Shown here: positions 48,906 through 57,125 of the stretch, piece after piece | How the letters are laid out: each line of letters opens with the position of its first letter | Position numbering within the stretch: position 1 is the first letter of the stretch | DNA from: an uncultured Bacilli bacterium | Lineage (GTDB): Bacteria > Bacillota_I > Bacilli_A > RF39 > UBA660 | Length of the DNA: 64,000 nucleotides | Reading direction: 5' to 3' | Assembly: GCA_947629165.1 (NCBI GenBank) | Contig: CANRCR010000001.1 | Span: 191,297-255,296 of the forward strand | Program-made: the position numbers and the translations under genes | Notes under the pieces: generated by a model | Seen by the model: only the letters and a program-made list of their open reading frames with translations | What the model was told of the DNA's origin: nothing | The model's database searches: none

Positions 48906-49742
48906 CTATACTCTATCACTTCGATTACTAGTAGTAACCACTTCCTTTAATTTCATATACGGTTTTATCTTTTCTACTTTCGGTGGATTAAATGTTTGTG
49001 CCTTATCTCTTAATGGCACTTCCATATCTCCTAATTGAATTAATAAATCGATTATTTCATCCAATGGCTTTTCTTCGGTTTCCATTAAGAAAGCAATAAT
49101 ATTTTTTCCATTAACTAAATTTGTTCCATCGTCGAACCATATTTCTTCGCATCCTAATTTTTTTTGAATGGGATCCTTTGCTTTGATGAAATAAAGGGTA
49201 TTATTTTCATTTTTTTGAATTAAGATATTGGTACCTTCTTTTTGATATTCGAGGATGATAGAAAGGATTGGTGCTTCTAACATTACTTGTCTTCTTTCCC
49301 ATAAAGAATAAGTATCTTCGGTAAGTCTTGTCGTCAATAAACATTCTTTAAATTGATCTAATTCCGGATGAGGAGTATGGATACTCGTAAAACATACCCA
49401 TGGTTTAAAACTGCTATCTTTCGTTTCGAGTGTTTGTATAACATCGATATACATTTGGCAACATTGTTGAAATTGGTTTTTAATTTCATCCCAAGAAAGA
49501 TTACTTGCGTTTAAATAACTGAATTCGGCTAGCAAGAGTTCCCTTAATCGATTATGCGCATAAGGTCCTTCGGTCAACAACGCTTTTTTTAATATCGGCT
49601 TATTTTCTTCTTTCCATACCGGTTCTAGACGACTCCATAAATTTCTTGAGCGATGTTGAGTATAGGTCCTTCCTTTTTTATACAGTTTTGCTCCATCTTT
49701 ATGATAATATTCTTGTATTTGTTTACGACTACTACTATCCAT
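48906..49742 (-). CDS. hypothetical protein
   Basis: 278-aa ORF with AAAGGAAG RBS; no family recognised. Confidence 0.7.
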   Translation of the reverse strand: MDSSSRKQIQEYYHKDGAKLYKKGRTYTQHRSRNLWSRLEPVWKEENKPILKKALLTEGPYAHNRLRELLLAEFSYLNASNLSWDEIKNQFQQCCQMYIDVIQTLETKDSSFKPWVCFTSIHTPHPELDQFKECLLTTRLTEDTYSLWERRQVMLEAPILSIILEYQKEGTNILIQKNENNTLYFIKAKDPIQKKLGCEEIWFDDGTNLVNGKNIIAFLMETEEKPLDEIIDLLIQLGDMEVPLRDKAQTFNPPKVEKIKPYMKLKEVVTTSNRSDRV

Positions 49743-49797
49743 AATTTACTTCCTTTCTTGGCTCAAAGAAAAAGGAAAAATAAGAGTAATTGTTTAA

Positions 49798-50016
49798 TTA
49801 CTGATATTTTTCCATTGTTTTCATCATTTGATTTATTTGTTTTTGTGAAGGTTTTCTTCCCATCTGCATCATAAGAGCTTTAATCATTTCTTCATTAATC
49901 GGTGGATTTTTCTTTAGATAACGTTTCATAAAATGACGCGCCACAAAAAAACCGATAACAAGTCCAATAACAAGACCTAATAATAAGTATAATAAATCGC
50001 TTAAACTTGCTGTCAT
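49798..50016 (-). CDS. yneF: YneF family (UPF0154) membrane protein
   Basis: [40 protein letters not shown]. Confidence 0.95.
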   Translation of the reverse strand: MTASLSDLLYLLLGLVIGLVIGFFVARHFMKRYLKKNPPINEEMIKALMMQMGRKPSQKQINQMMKTMEKYQ

Positions 50017-50051
50017 GTTTTCATCTCCTTAATAACATTTTACTATGGGTT

Positions 50052-50483
50052 TTAAATACTTTCAAGTGTTTTTACCTGCTTTAGCCAAAAATAATCGTTA
50101 TAAGAAAAGTCACATACAAAATAATGATGATCTTTTTCTAATAAGTAAGGGAAAAAAGAAGAATAATTGTGATTGGAAGTAATTAGAATATGACTATTTT
50201 TTACAACAAGAATACTTACTTCATCTTTGTATAGATTATTCATTATATGCTGGTTTCCACTTTTCGAATAAGGCATTTTTTTATGAAGTTCAATAAATAG
50301 TCTACGATCGAGGGAAGTCTTCCCTATTTGTTGGGTTAATTGATGAAATAAGTTGAACGCATACTCTAAATCGCATTCGTGCATATAATAAATTTGTTTT
50401 AATATTTGAAATAGTAATTCCGGTTGATCCTGATATAACGAAGCAAATTCGTCTTTCATTGAAAATATATAATATACACGCAT
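50052..50483 (-). CDS. sirA: sporulation inhibitor of replication SirA (YneE)
   Basis: MRVYYIFSMKDEFASLY...LFQIL and C-terminal YFVCDF...YFWL; tkt-sirA-yneF synteny. Confidence 0.8.
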   Translation of the reverse strand: MRVYYIFSMKDEFASLYQDQPELLFQILKQIYYMHECDLEYAFNLFHQLTQQIGKTSLDRRLFIELHKKMPYSKSGNQHIMNNLYKDEVSILVVKNSHILITSNHNYSSFFPYLLEKDHHYFVCDFSYNDYFWLKQVKTLESI

Positions 50484-50544
50484 TTCTATCACCAATACAA
50501 CTTTAACAATTTTAAAAGACGTTTTTTGTCAAAAAAAGAAATGC

Positions 50545-52521
50545 CTAAAGCATTTCTTTAATTTTTTTAATTACTGATTCGACATCCATATGATATCGCT
50601 TCATGATATCTTCTCTTTTAGCACTCATACCAAAGTTATTTACGGTTATTAAATAACGTTCGTTATAGACAAAGGAATGCCATGAATACGAAGAAGATGC
50701 CTCAATAACAAAAGTTTTCACTGTCATAGGGAAAAGTTCCTCTTGATATTCTTTTGGTTCTTTCCGGAAACGTTCGATCGAAGGCATACTAATTACACGT
50801 AAAGAATAGCCTTGTTCTTTGAGCCTGGTTGCGGCATCGATGGCAATCGATAACTCTTCTCCAGTAGCAACGATAATACCGTGTAGTTGTCCTTCTTCCA
50901 TGCGAACAATATAGGCCCCTTTTTCGACTTCGGAAGCTTTCGTTTCATTTTGAATCGGTACTTTGTTTCGACCTAAAATGATTGCCGAAGGGCCTTCTTT
51001 TTTACGAAATATTGTTTTATAAGAACCGATTACTTCGTTAACGTCGGCAGGTCGAAACACTTCGAGATTAGGGGTCGAACGAAGCGCAATTAATTGTTCT
51101 ACCGGTTGATGGGTCGGTCCATCTTCCCCCACACTAATCGAATCGTGGGTGAAAATATATAAAACCGGTAAGTTCATTAATGCACTCATACGAATCGCAG
51201 GTTTTAAATAATCGGAAAACACTAAAAACGTCGATGCAAATGGTCGTAATCCCACTAAGGCAAGTCCATTCGAAATGGCTCCCATCGCGTGTTCACGAAC
51301 CCCGTAACGAATATTTCTTCCCATCGGATTATCTTTCGAAAAATCTCCAGACTCCTTCAAATAACTCTTATTGCTCGTGGCTAAATCGGCACTTCCTCCT
51401 AAAAAGAAGTCGCATTGATTTTTAATTTCATTTAAGACTTTTCCGGAGGCATCGCGCGTGGATTCCATTAAATCTTCTGGAAAATCATACGAAAAATCTT
51501 TTAACTTAATCTCATAAGTTCCTTTTTCGAGTAAATCCAATTTTTCTTTACTTTCTTCATCAAGATTTTCTTTTTTGGTTTGCCAATTCTTATAATAAGC
51601 ATCGACTCTTTCTTCGATTTGTCTTTGAAACTCTGTCACGGCATCGTTCGAAACCGTAAATGGGATATCCCAAATATCTAATTTTTCCTTCACTTGTTTT
51701 AAATCTTCTTCATCTAACGGAGTTCCATGTGCTTTAGCCGTTCCTTGATTTTTAGAATATTTTCCAATGATTGTATTTACTTCAATAAGTGTCGGTTTAT
51801 TTTCTTCGGCCTTTGCTTGGTCGATGGCTCTATTTAACGCTTCTATATCTTCCCCATCGGAAACATTGATATAGTTCCAACCCATTGCCGTAAAACGATC
51901 TTTTATATTTTCTGTAAACGTGACATTTGTTTCGGCATCTAAAGAAACATGGTTTGAATCGTACAATACGATTAAATGATTAAGTCCTAATACACCGGCG
52001 AGAGACGCAGCTTCGTAAGAAATACCTTCCATTAAGTCACCATCGCCACAAAGCACGTACGTGTGATAATCGATTATTTTCTTTTTTAGTTGGTTTTTTA
52101 AATACACTTCGGCAATCGCCATTCCAACCGCACTAGCAAAACCTTGCCCGAGCGGTCCCGTCGACATATCGACTCCTGGCGTCGTTTTGTACTCCGGATG
52201 TCCTGGTGTTATCGAATCCATACTACGAAATGCTTTTAAATCTTCTAACGTAATTTTGTATCCTGCTAAAAACAAGGTCGCATACAATAAAGCCGATCCG
52301 TGCCCTGCGGACATCACAAAACGATCACGATTAATCCAATTGGGATCTTTTGGATTTATCATTAGATGTTTTGCATACAAAGTATATATTATCGGTGCCG
52401 CTCCCAGTACAATTCCAGGATGACCACTTTTCGCCGTATCGATCATATCAATTCCGAGGGAACGTAATTGGTCTACTATTTTTTTGTCATTATTCGTAGG
52501 CTGTTTTCCTAATTGAAACAT
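50545..52521 (-). CDS. tkt: transketolase
   Basis: SGHPG, RDRFVMSAGHGS, GDGDLMEG, YGVREHAM, THDSISVGEDGPTHQP. Confidence 0.97.
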   Translation of the reverse strand: MFQLGKQPTNNDKKIVDQLRSLGIDMIDTAKSGHPGIVLGAAPIIYTLYAKHLMINPKDPNWINRDRFVMSAGHGSALLYATLFLAGYKITLEDLKAFRSMDSITPGHPEYKTTPGVDMSTGPLGQGFASAVGMAIAEVYLKNQLKKKIIDYHTYVLCGDGDLMEGISYEAASLAGVLGLNHLIVLYDSNHVSLDAETNVTFTENIKDRFTAMGWNYINVSDGEDIEALNRAIDQAKAEENKPTLIEVNTIIGKYSKNQGTAKAHGTPLDEEDLKQVKEKLDIWDIPFTVSNDAVTEFQRQIEERVDAYYKNWQTKKENLDEESKEKLDLLEKGTYEIKLKDFSYDFPEDLMESTRDASGKVLNEIKNQCDFFLGGSADLATSNKSYLKESGDFSKDNPMGRNIRYGVREHAMGAISNGLALVGLRPFASTFLVFSDYLKPAIRMSALMNLPVLYIFTHDSISVGEDGPTHQPVEQLIALRSTPNLEVFRPADVNEVIGSYKTIFRKKEGPSAIILGRNKVPIQNETKASEVEKGAYIVRMEEGQLHGIIVATGEELSIAIDAATRLKEQGYSLRVISMPSIERFRKEPKEYQEELFPMTVKTFVIEASSSYSWHSFVYNERYLITVNNFGMSAKREDIMKRYHMDVESVIKKIKEML

Positions 52522-52629
52522 ATGACTTCCTTCTTCCTATTATCTATTCTTACTTTCATTATAACAATATTACGTTTTATTCTCAAGCAAGATGCATGTA
52601 TTTGACAATCAAAAAGACGGAAATTCCGT

Positions 52630-53946
52630 CTATTTTTGATTATCATCGAATAAATCTTCTATTCCTTCAAGAATGTCTGAACGATCAATTACGGGAGCTT
52701 CTTTTGTCTTTTCTAACTCTTCTGTAGATGTTGGCTCGTTTACCGGTTCCACTTCTGGAACAGTTTTTTCTTCCGTTGCTTCTTCTTTTTTCGCTTCTTT
52801 TGCCGCTTGTTTTGCTTTCTTTTTCTCCTCTTTTAATCGTTTCTTTTCAGGGTCACGACTTTTTACATAGAAGAAAATACCTAATCCCACCATTAGAAGT
52901 GCCAAGATACAACAACCGACAATTAAAATATAAGTAAGTCCATCGTCCCCATCTCCGCGGAGGTCTTCAACCGGAGTACTTACTACGGGACTTGGAACGG
53001 GTGTAGGTTCAACATCTTCTTCTAAACGTGTTACTGTGATGGAATATTCTTGTTTAAATGAACCATCGATTACAGAAACAATAATCGTATTGTCTCCTAC
53101 TACGAGATTCCGAACGACACTACCTTCAACAATTAAGTCTTCTTCCGGTGATCCCGTAATTTCAATCGTTGCCGTTTCCGATGTTGCAACAGCTTGAATC
53201 GTTACTTCTTCGGTATCGTACGCTACTTCGAGACTGTAATGAAAAATATCACTTTCAAAAGTTTCTTTAAATACTTGCCCTGCTACACGAAGCGAAGAAA
53301 GACTTACATCCGGTTTTTTACGATTTACATGAATCGTATATGTTTTTGGTTTAAGATCGTCCCCAACGGCTTTTTCTGATAGCAATTTGGTTATAACTGT
53401 AAACGTATTTTCACCGTACTCAAGCGTTTTATTACCAATACTATTGCTATCTAATAATACCGAATTTCCATCCGGTGTAGCATCAATTCGAATATTAAAG
53501 GTGTCGGCTGGAACATCAATTGTATAGGTGTCTTTATTTTTATCGAAAGCACCTTCTTTAAACTCAAAACCAGCAACACTCAAACTTGCTAAATAACTAC
53601 TTTCTGGCGGATTATTTTCTTGCCAAACGGCTACTAATGTCGTGTCTGCTGAAATTGCTTCTGTAAAATCAAATTCCGTGTTTCCATCTTTCGACCAATA
53701 ACTAAATATATAACCATCTCTCGTTGGGTTGGTTCCTGGTCGCGCCGCCGTCGTTCCTTCTTTTACCGTTTGTTCAGGAACACTACTTCCACCTTTACTA
53801 TCAAAAGTTACTTTATATGTCTTTTCAGCCGTTTCCTGTGGGTCAGTTGATGATTCCGGTGGTGTTTCTACCGCCAATACTGGAAGTGGCAACATCCAAG
53901 CCATACAAAGTAATATAAATCCGATTATTAATTTTTTTTGTTTCAT
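52630..53946 (-). CDS. surface protein: signal peptide, InlB B-repeat, 2x cadherin-like beta sandwich, C-terminal TM
   Basis: VTFDSKGGS...PTRDGYIFSYW...FDF...DTTLVAVW; LASLSV...TYTI.V...L.YGEN repeated twice; TM plus charged tail. Confidence 0.87.
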   Translation of the reverse strand: MKQKKLIIGFILLCMAWMLPLPVLAVETPPESSTDPQETAEKTYKVTFDSKGGSSVPEQTVKEGTTAARPGTNPTRDGYIFSYWSKDGNTEFDFTEAISADTTLVAVWQENNPPESSYLASLSVAGFEFKEGAFDKNKDTYTIDVPADTFNIRIDATPDGNSVLLDSNSIGNKTLEYGENTFTVITKLLSEKAVGDDLKPKTYTIHVNRKKPDVSLSSLRVAGQVFKETFESDIFHYSLEVAYDTEEVTIQAVATSETATIEITGSPEEDLIVEGSVVRNLVVGDNTIIVSVIDGSFKQEYSITVTRLEEDVEPTPVPSPVVSTPVEDLRGDGDDGLTYILIVGCCILALLMVGLGIFFYVKSRDPEKKRLKEEKKKAKQAAKEAKKEEATEEKTVPEVEPVNEPTSTEELEKTKEAPVIDRSDILEGIEDLFDDNQK

Positions 53947-54054
53947 TTTACTCCCTCACATCCATTTTATTCTTTTTAGTATGAAAAAATTATAACACAA
54001 GATTCTTAAAAAGAAAAGGTTCGTTCATAAATTATTAAATTTTGCCAAAAAATA

Positions 54055-54083
54055 TTGAAAATAACCTCATAATATGTTATTAT
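54055..54083 (+). promoter_or_regulatory. sigma-A promoter of tRNA pair
   Basis: TTGAAA-17-TATTAT with extended TG, 11 nt before the tRNA. Confidence 0.65.
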
Positions 54084-54094
54084 TAAAAGGCAAT

Positions 54095-54171
54095 GGACCC
54101 TTAGCTCAGTTGGTTAGAGCATTCGGCTCATAACCGAGCGGTCATAGGTTCGAGTCCTATAGGGTCCACCA
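54095..54171 (+). tRNA. tRNA-Ile2 (anticodon CAT, lysidine type)
   Basis: Cloverleaf GGACCCT...AGGGTCC-A-CCA, loop CTCATAA; GGACC acceptor and CGG-CTCATAA-CCG arm resemble Firmicutes Ile2 rather than Met. Confidence 0.92.
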
Positions 54172-54177
54172 CAAAAT

Positions 54178-54261
54178 GCGGGTATGGCGGAATTGGCAGA
54201 CGCACTAGACTTAGGATCTAGCGCCTATGGCATGCAGGTTCAACTCCTGTTACCCGCACCA
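54178..54261 (+). tRNA. tRNA-Leu (anticodon TAG)
   Basis: GCGGGTA...TACCCGC-A-CCA, CTAGA-CTTAGGA-TCTAG arm, long variable arm. Confidence 0.95.
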
Positions 54262-54295
54262 CTCAACTATAACTCGAAATATTCGAGTTCACACA

Positions 54296-54325
54296 AAAAC
54301 ATCAGATTAAACTCTGATGTTTTAT
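54296..54325. terminator. bidirectional terminator after the tRNAs
   Basis: AAAACATCAGA-ttaaac-TCTGATGTTTT, preceded by a second hairpin AACTCGAA-ata-TTCGAGTT (54271-54289). Confidence 0.65.
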
Positions 54326-54865
54326 TTTTTTTAATTGTTTCGGTTGCTCGGCAGTTGGAACAAGGTCATAAAAATCGATGCCAATTTTTTGGTAAATTTT
54401 CTTTACTTCCTCGCTCGTAACAACTTCTCGATACCATTCAAAATAATCTGGATAATACCTACTTTGTTTAAATAATAAAATTCTTCCTGTAACAGTATAC
54501 AAATTAATTATTGCTTCTTCTGGTACTGGTTCCGTTACTCTTTTAAAACCTAATCTTGGTAAGTTTAAAACTTCATTTAAAGTTGATACACTCTCGAAAG
54601 AACAGGGTTCTAAATGCGACTCATTTTCGATATAATCAGTTAAATAAGATAGTACTGAAAATGCATCTTCACGACTCATATTCGTCGGTAAACTAAAGGG
54701 TGAAAATGGCCAATTCACTACCCCAACATTATTCTTTACGTATCCATATCTTGTTCCAATTCGGTGATAGTTTAAATAATATAAGCGATAGATTGATCCT
54801 TCTTTGATTTCATGATCTTCCAAATCTGCTTCAAATTCATTTGTTTGATTATTTATAAAATTCAT
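54302..54865 (-). CDS. hypothetical protein
   Basis: 187-aa ORF translationally coupled (ATGA) to the upstream NDT-like gene. Confidence 0.75.
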   Translation of the reverse strand: MNFINNQTNEFEADLEDHEIKEGSIYRLYYLNYHRIGTRYGYVKNNVGVVNWPFSPFSLPTNMSREDAFSVLSYLTDYIENESHLEPCSFESVSTLNEVLNLPRLGFKRVTEPVPEEAIINLYTVTGRILLFKQSRYYPDYFEWYREVVTSEEVKKIYQKIGIDFYDLVPTAEQPKQLKKIKHQSLI

Positions 54866-55368
54866 TTTTGTCCTTCTCTCTCGTTTGGTTCGATATTACT
54901 ATATTTTTGATTTGCTCGAGTGATAGCTAGCTTTAACAAATCATCTAAATTATCAAGTGGCTTTTCTTGATAGTCTTTCTCATAAAGCCAATCTAGATAT
55001 TTTGTTTTTACGGCTCCCTCTGGTCTTCCATAGATCACTTTTTTAGTATGAAGCCAATAACCAAACTCCACGTTTGTTGTAAAACCCGGCATATCTGGTA
55101 GACTTCTCGGAATCCAAAATAAAATAATGGTCGCTCCCGTCAAGGCTTTTCTTTCCCACTCTGCTTGATCGATATAACTCTCCTTGGGTAATCCCGTCGA
55201 AAATTCCGGTTCATATACCACCCCATCAAAACCAAGCTCTTCTAATTTTTTACAGGCTTCATCGCGCCATGAATTAATTTTATCACTTCTTGGTGTTGGC
55301 CCTGCAAGAAAAATAGACTTTTGATTTATAATTACTGGTTCATCCGAATAATTTATTTTCATATCCAT
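54862..55368 (-). CDS. nucleoside 2-deoxyribosyltransferase-like protein (Nuc_deoxyri_tr2 type)
   Basis: SIFLAGPTPR, WR..A, QAEWE..AL, ILFWIPR, PGFTTNVEFG. Confidence 0.85.
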   Translation of the reverse strand: MDMKINYSDEPVIINQKSIFLAGPTPRSDKINSWRDEACKKLEELGFDGVVYEPEFSTGLPKESYIDQAEWERKALTGATIILFWIPRSLPDMPGFTTNVEFGYWLHTKKVIYGRPEGAVKTKYLDWLYEKDYQEKPLDNLDDLLKLAITRANQKYSNIEPNEREGQK

Positions 55369-55457
55369 CCCATCCTAGTTTCATTATACCATATTCTAAA
55401 AGCCTTTACTATTTCCAAATTATTTTGTTATACTATAAATAGTTTTAGGAGGCTATT

Positions 55458-55976
55458 ATGGAAACGATTGTAGTTAATCCGAATCATCTTTCTACTTGTA
55501 ATCAGACACTACAAAAAGCACGTTGTTTAGTATTTGATGAAGAAGACAAAATCTATTTATGTGTTATGAATGATAATTATATGTTACCTGGAGGAACTCA
55601 TGAACCAGGAGAAGATCCTTTCGATACGGTTCAACGAGAATTGTATGAAGAAATGGGACTTTCTTCAGTTGAAGCTACTCCTTTGGTAGAAGTTCATTAT
55701 TATCATAAAAAATTCCCTCAATATGGAAATCCTTCCCATTTGGAAAAGCGATTAAATATTGTTTATTATTTTATCGCTCATATTTCTAGTCAACAAGTTG
55801 TTGGCCCATCCCATTTAACTAAAATGGAACAAGATAATCATATGGTTTTAGAAAAATATTCTATCGAGCAAATATTAAGCAAAATAAAAGATCGTTCCAA
55901 TAATCCCTATAGCCATCCTTTGAACGTCGAATTAAAAACGATTCTTAATTATTATTTAAAACATTTAAAGCAATAA
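55458..55976 (+). CDS. NUDIX hydrolase
   Basis: LPGGTHEPGEDPFDTVQRELYEEMG Nudix box; AGGAGG RBS. Confidence 0.92.
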   Translation: METIVVNPNHLSTCNQTLQKARCLVFDEEDKIYLCVMNDNYMLPGGTHEPGEDPFDTVQRELYEEMGLSSVEATPLVEVHYYHKKFPQYGNPSHLEKRLNIVYYFIAHISSQQVVGPSHLTKMEQDNHMVLEKYSIEQILSKIKDRSNNPYSHPLNVELKTILNYYLKHLKQ

Positions 55977-56005
55977 AAAAGTTTTGAATTGATTTCAAAA
56001 CTTTT
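55976..56005. terminator. bidirectional terminator
   Basis: AAAAGTTTTGAA-ttgat-TTCAAAACTTTT between convergent genes. Confidence 0.6.
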
Positions 56006-56423
56006 ATTTTTGTAACATATTTAATAAATTGACTTTAAACATATCTTTTTCAGGATTACTCTTTGAAATCATAACCCCTTTATAAGTACTTAATTCAGCA
56101 CGATGTCCTTCTTCCAAAATACCATCTGGTGTAATATTCGTAAGTAAAATAATCTTTTTACTTTCATACACCGTATAATGTAAAATAATTTCGCCATGTA
56201 CTTTTGCAAAAAGATCGTCGGTTGGAAGTTTAAGTTCGTAAGATTTTGTATTTTCCTTTTTCGATACCGAAACTAATTTACCTAAAAATTTTCCGTTTCT
56301 TAACGATGGATAATATTCAAATGTAAGTTTTTTATAGGCAAGCATGTTGTACTTACGTACTGATCTTTCTTTCTTACGAAACTCGTTTTCATTTAAGTAT
56401 TCGAATATATATGACTGTTTCAT
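56004..56423 (-). CDS. hypothetical protein, possible RelE/ParE-like fold
   Basis: Basic ~139-aa ORF (from MKQSY) with YELKLP...GEIILHYTVYE..KIILLTNI; own promoter TTGACT-17-TATAAT at 56505-56477. Confidence 0.65.
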   Translation of the reverse strand: MKQSYIFEYLNENEFRKKERSVRKYNMLAYKKLTFEYYPSLRNGKFLGKLVSVSKKENTKSYELKLPTDDLFAKVHGEIILHYTVYESKKIILLTNITPDGILEEGHRAELSTYKGVMISKSNPEKDMFKVNLLNMLQK

Positions 56424-56542
56424 ATCATTCAACCCCATTTCCCTGAACTTGACCCTTTGTACCATCAAGTGTCTAAATTATATCATATTTTATAAAAAAA
56501 GTCAACTTTTTTATTTAACAATATTATTGTATGCCGATTTAT

Positions 56543-56776
56543 TCAAAATATTAAATTTTTAATTCCTTTTCGCCGATATAATTGTTTTGTATTAATAGAA
56601 ACGATTTCCTTTTGTTCATATCCTAAAAAGACAACGATTTCTTTTATAATAGTCATATTATCACATTCAATCTCGATATAGGGTTCTAATAATGGCCACT
56701 CGTCTATTTCTATCTCTGCTCCTTTATATTTAAAACTATGTCTAATTTTTTCTATTAGTGTTTTTTCCTTTATCAT
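56543..56776 (-). pseudogene. CYTH-domain C-terminal fragment
   Basis: EKIRHSF...IEIDEWPLLEPYIEIE is the second half of a CYTH domain; the N-terminal ExExK half is absent. Confidence 0.65.
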
Positions 56777-56918
56777 TTATAAATTTTCGAAATTCATTTA
56801 TTTTTTCCTTATCTTTTTCAGTTGGCTTTATTCTAGTTTTTAATACTTTAACATCTTGATAATATAACCATTTATCACTTTTAAATGGTTTTTTATTATT
56901 TTCTTTGCTATTCATCAT
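56742..56918 (-). CDS. small basic hypothetical protein (58 aa)
   Basis: GGAGG RBS before ATG 56918; Lys-rich. Confidence 0.45.
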   Translation of the reverse strand: MMNSKENNKKPFKSDKWLYYQDVKVLKTRIKPTEKDKEKINEFRKFINDKGKNTNRKN

Positions 56919-57125
56919 ATTCCTCCAATAAAAAGTAATGTTTACCGTTAACCTTTTGATAATCAAGTGTTATAAATTTTTTTACCCTTTTATCTTCTGC
57001 ACCAAGTAAAATTAGTTTTTGAATTGTTTCATTTACATTTATATCTAGTATTTTAACTTCTTTTTTGTTCCAATATTTCAATACATATTATAAAAAAAAG
57101 AACGATTTTTTTCGTTCTTTCATTT

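Noticed and set aside
54095-54171. Calling the CAT tRNA as tRNA-Met
   Set aside because: It lacks initiator features (C1:A72 mismatch, three G-C anticodon-stem pairs), and its sequence resembles Firmicutes tRNA-Ile2.
54184-54420. 78-aa ORF MAELADALDLGSSA...
   Set aside because: It is a translation of the tRNA-Leu gene.
226-54865. Genetic code 4 (TGA=Trp) as in mycoplasmas
   Set aside because: Genes are intact under code 11, and TGA acts as a stop in ATGA overlaps (226-229, 54862-54865).
54240-57125. attL/attR duplication of the tRNA-Leu 3' end bounding the islet
   Set aside because: I found no second copy of the tRNA 3' sequence downstream, so it cannot be called an integrative element.
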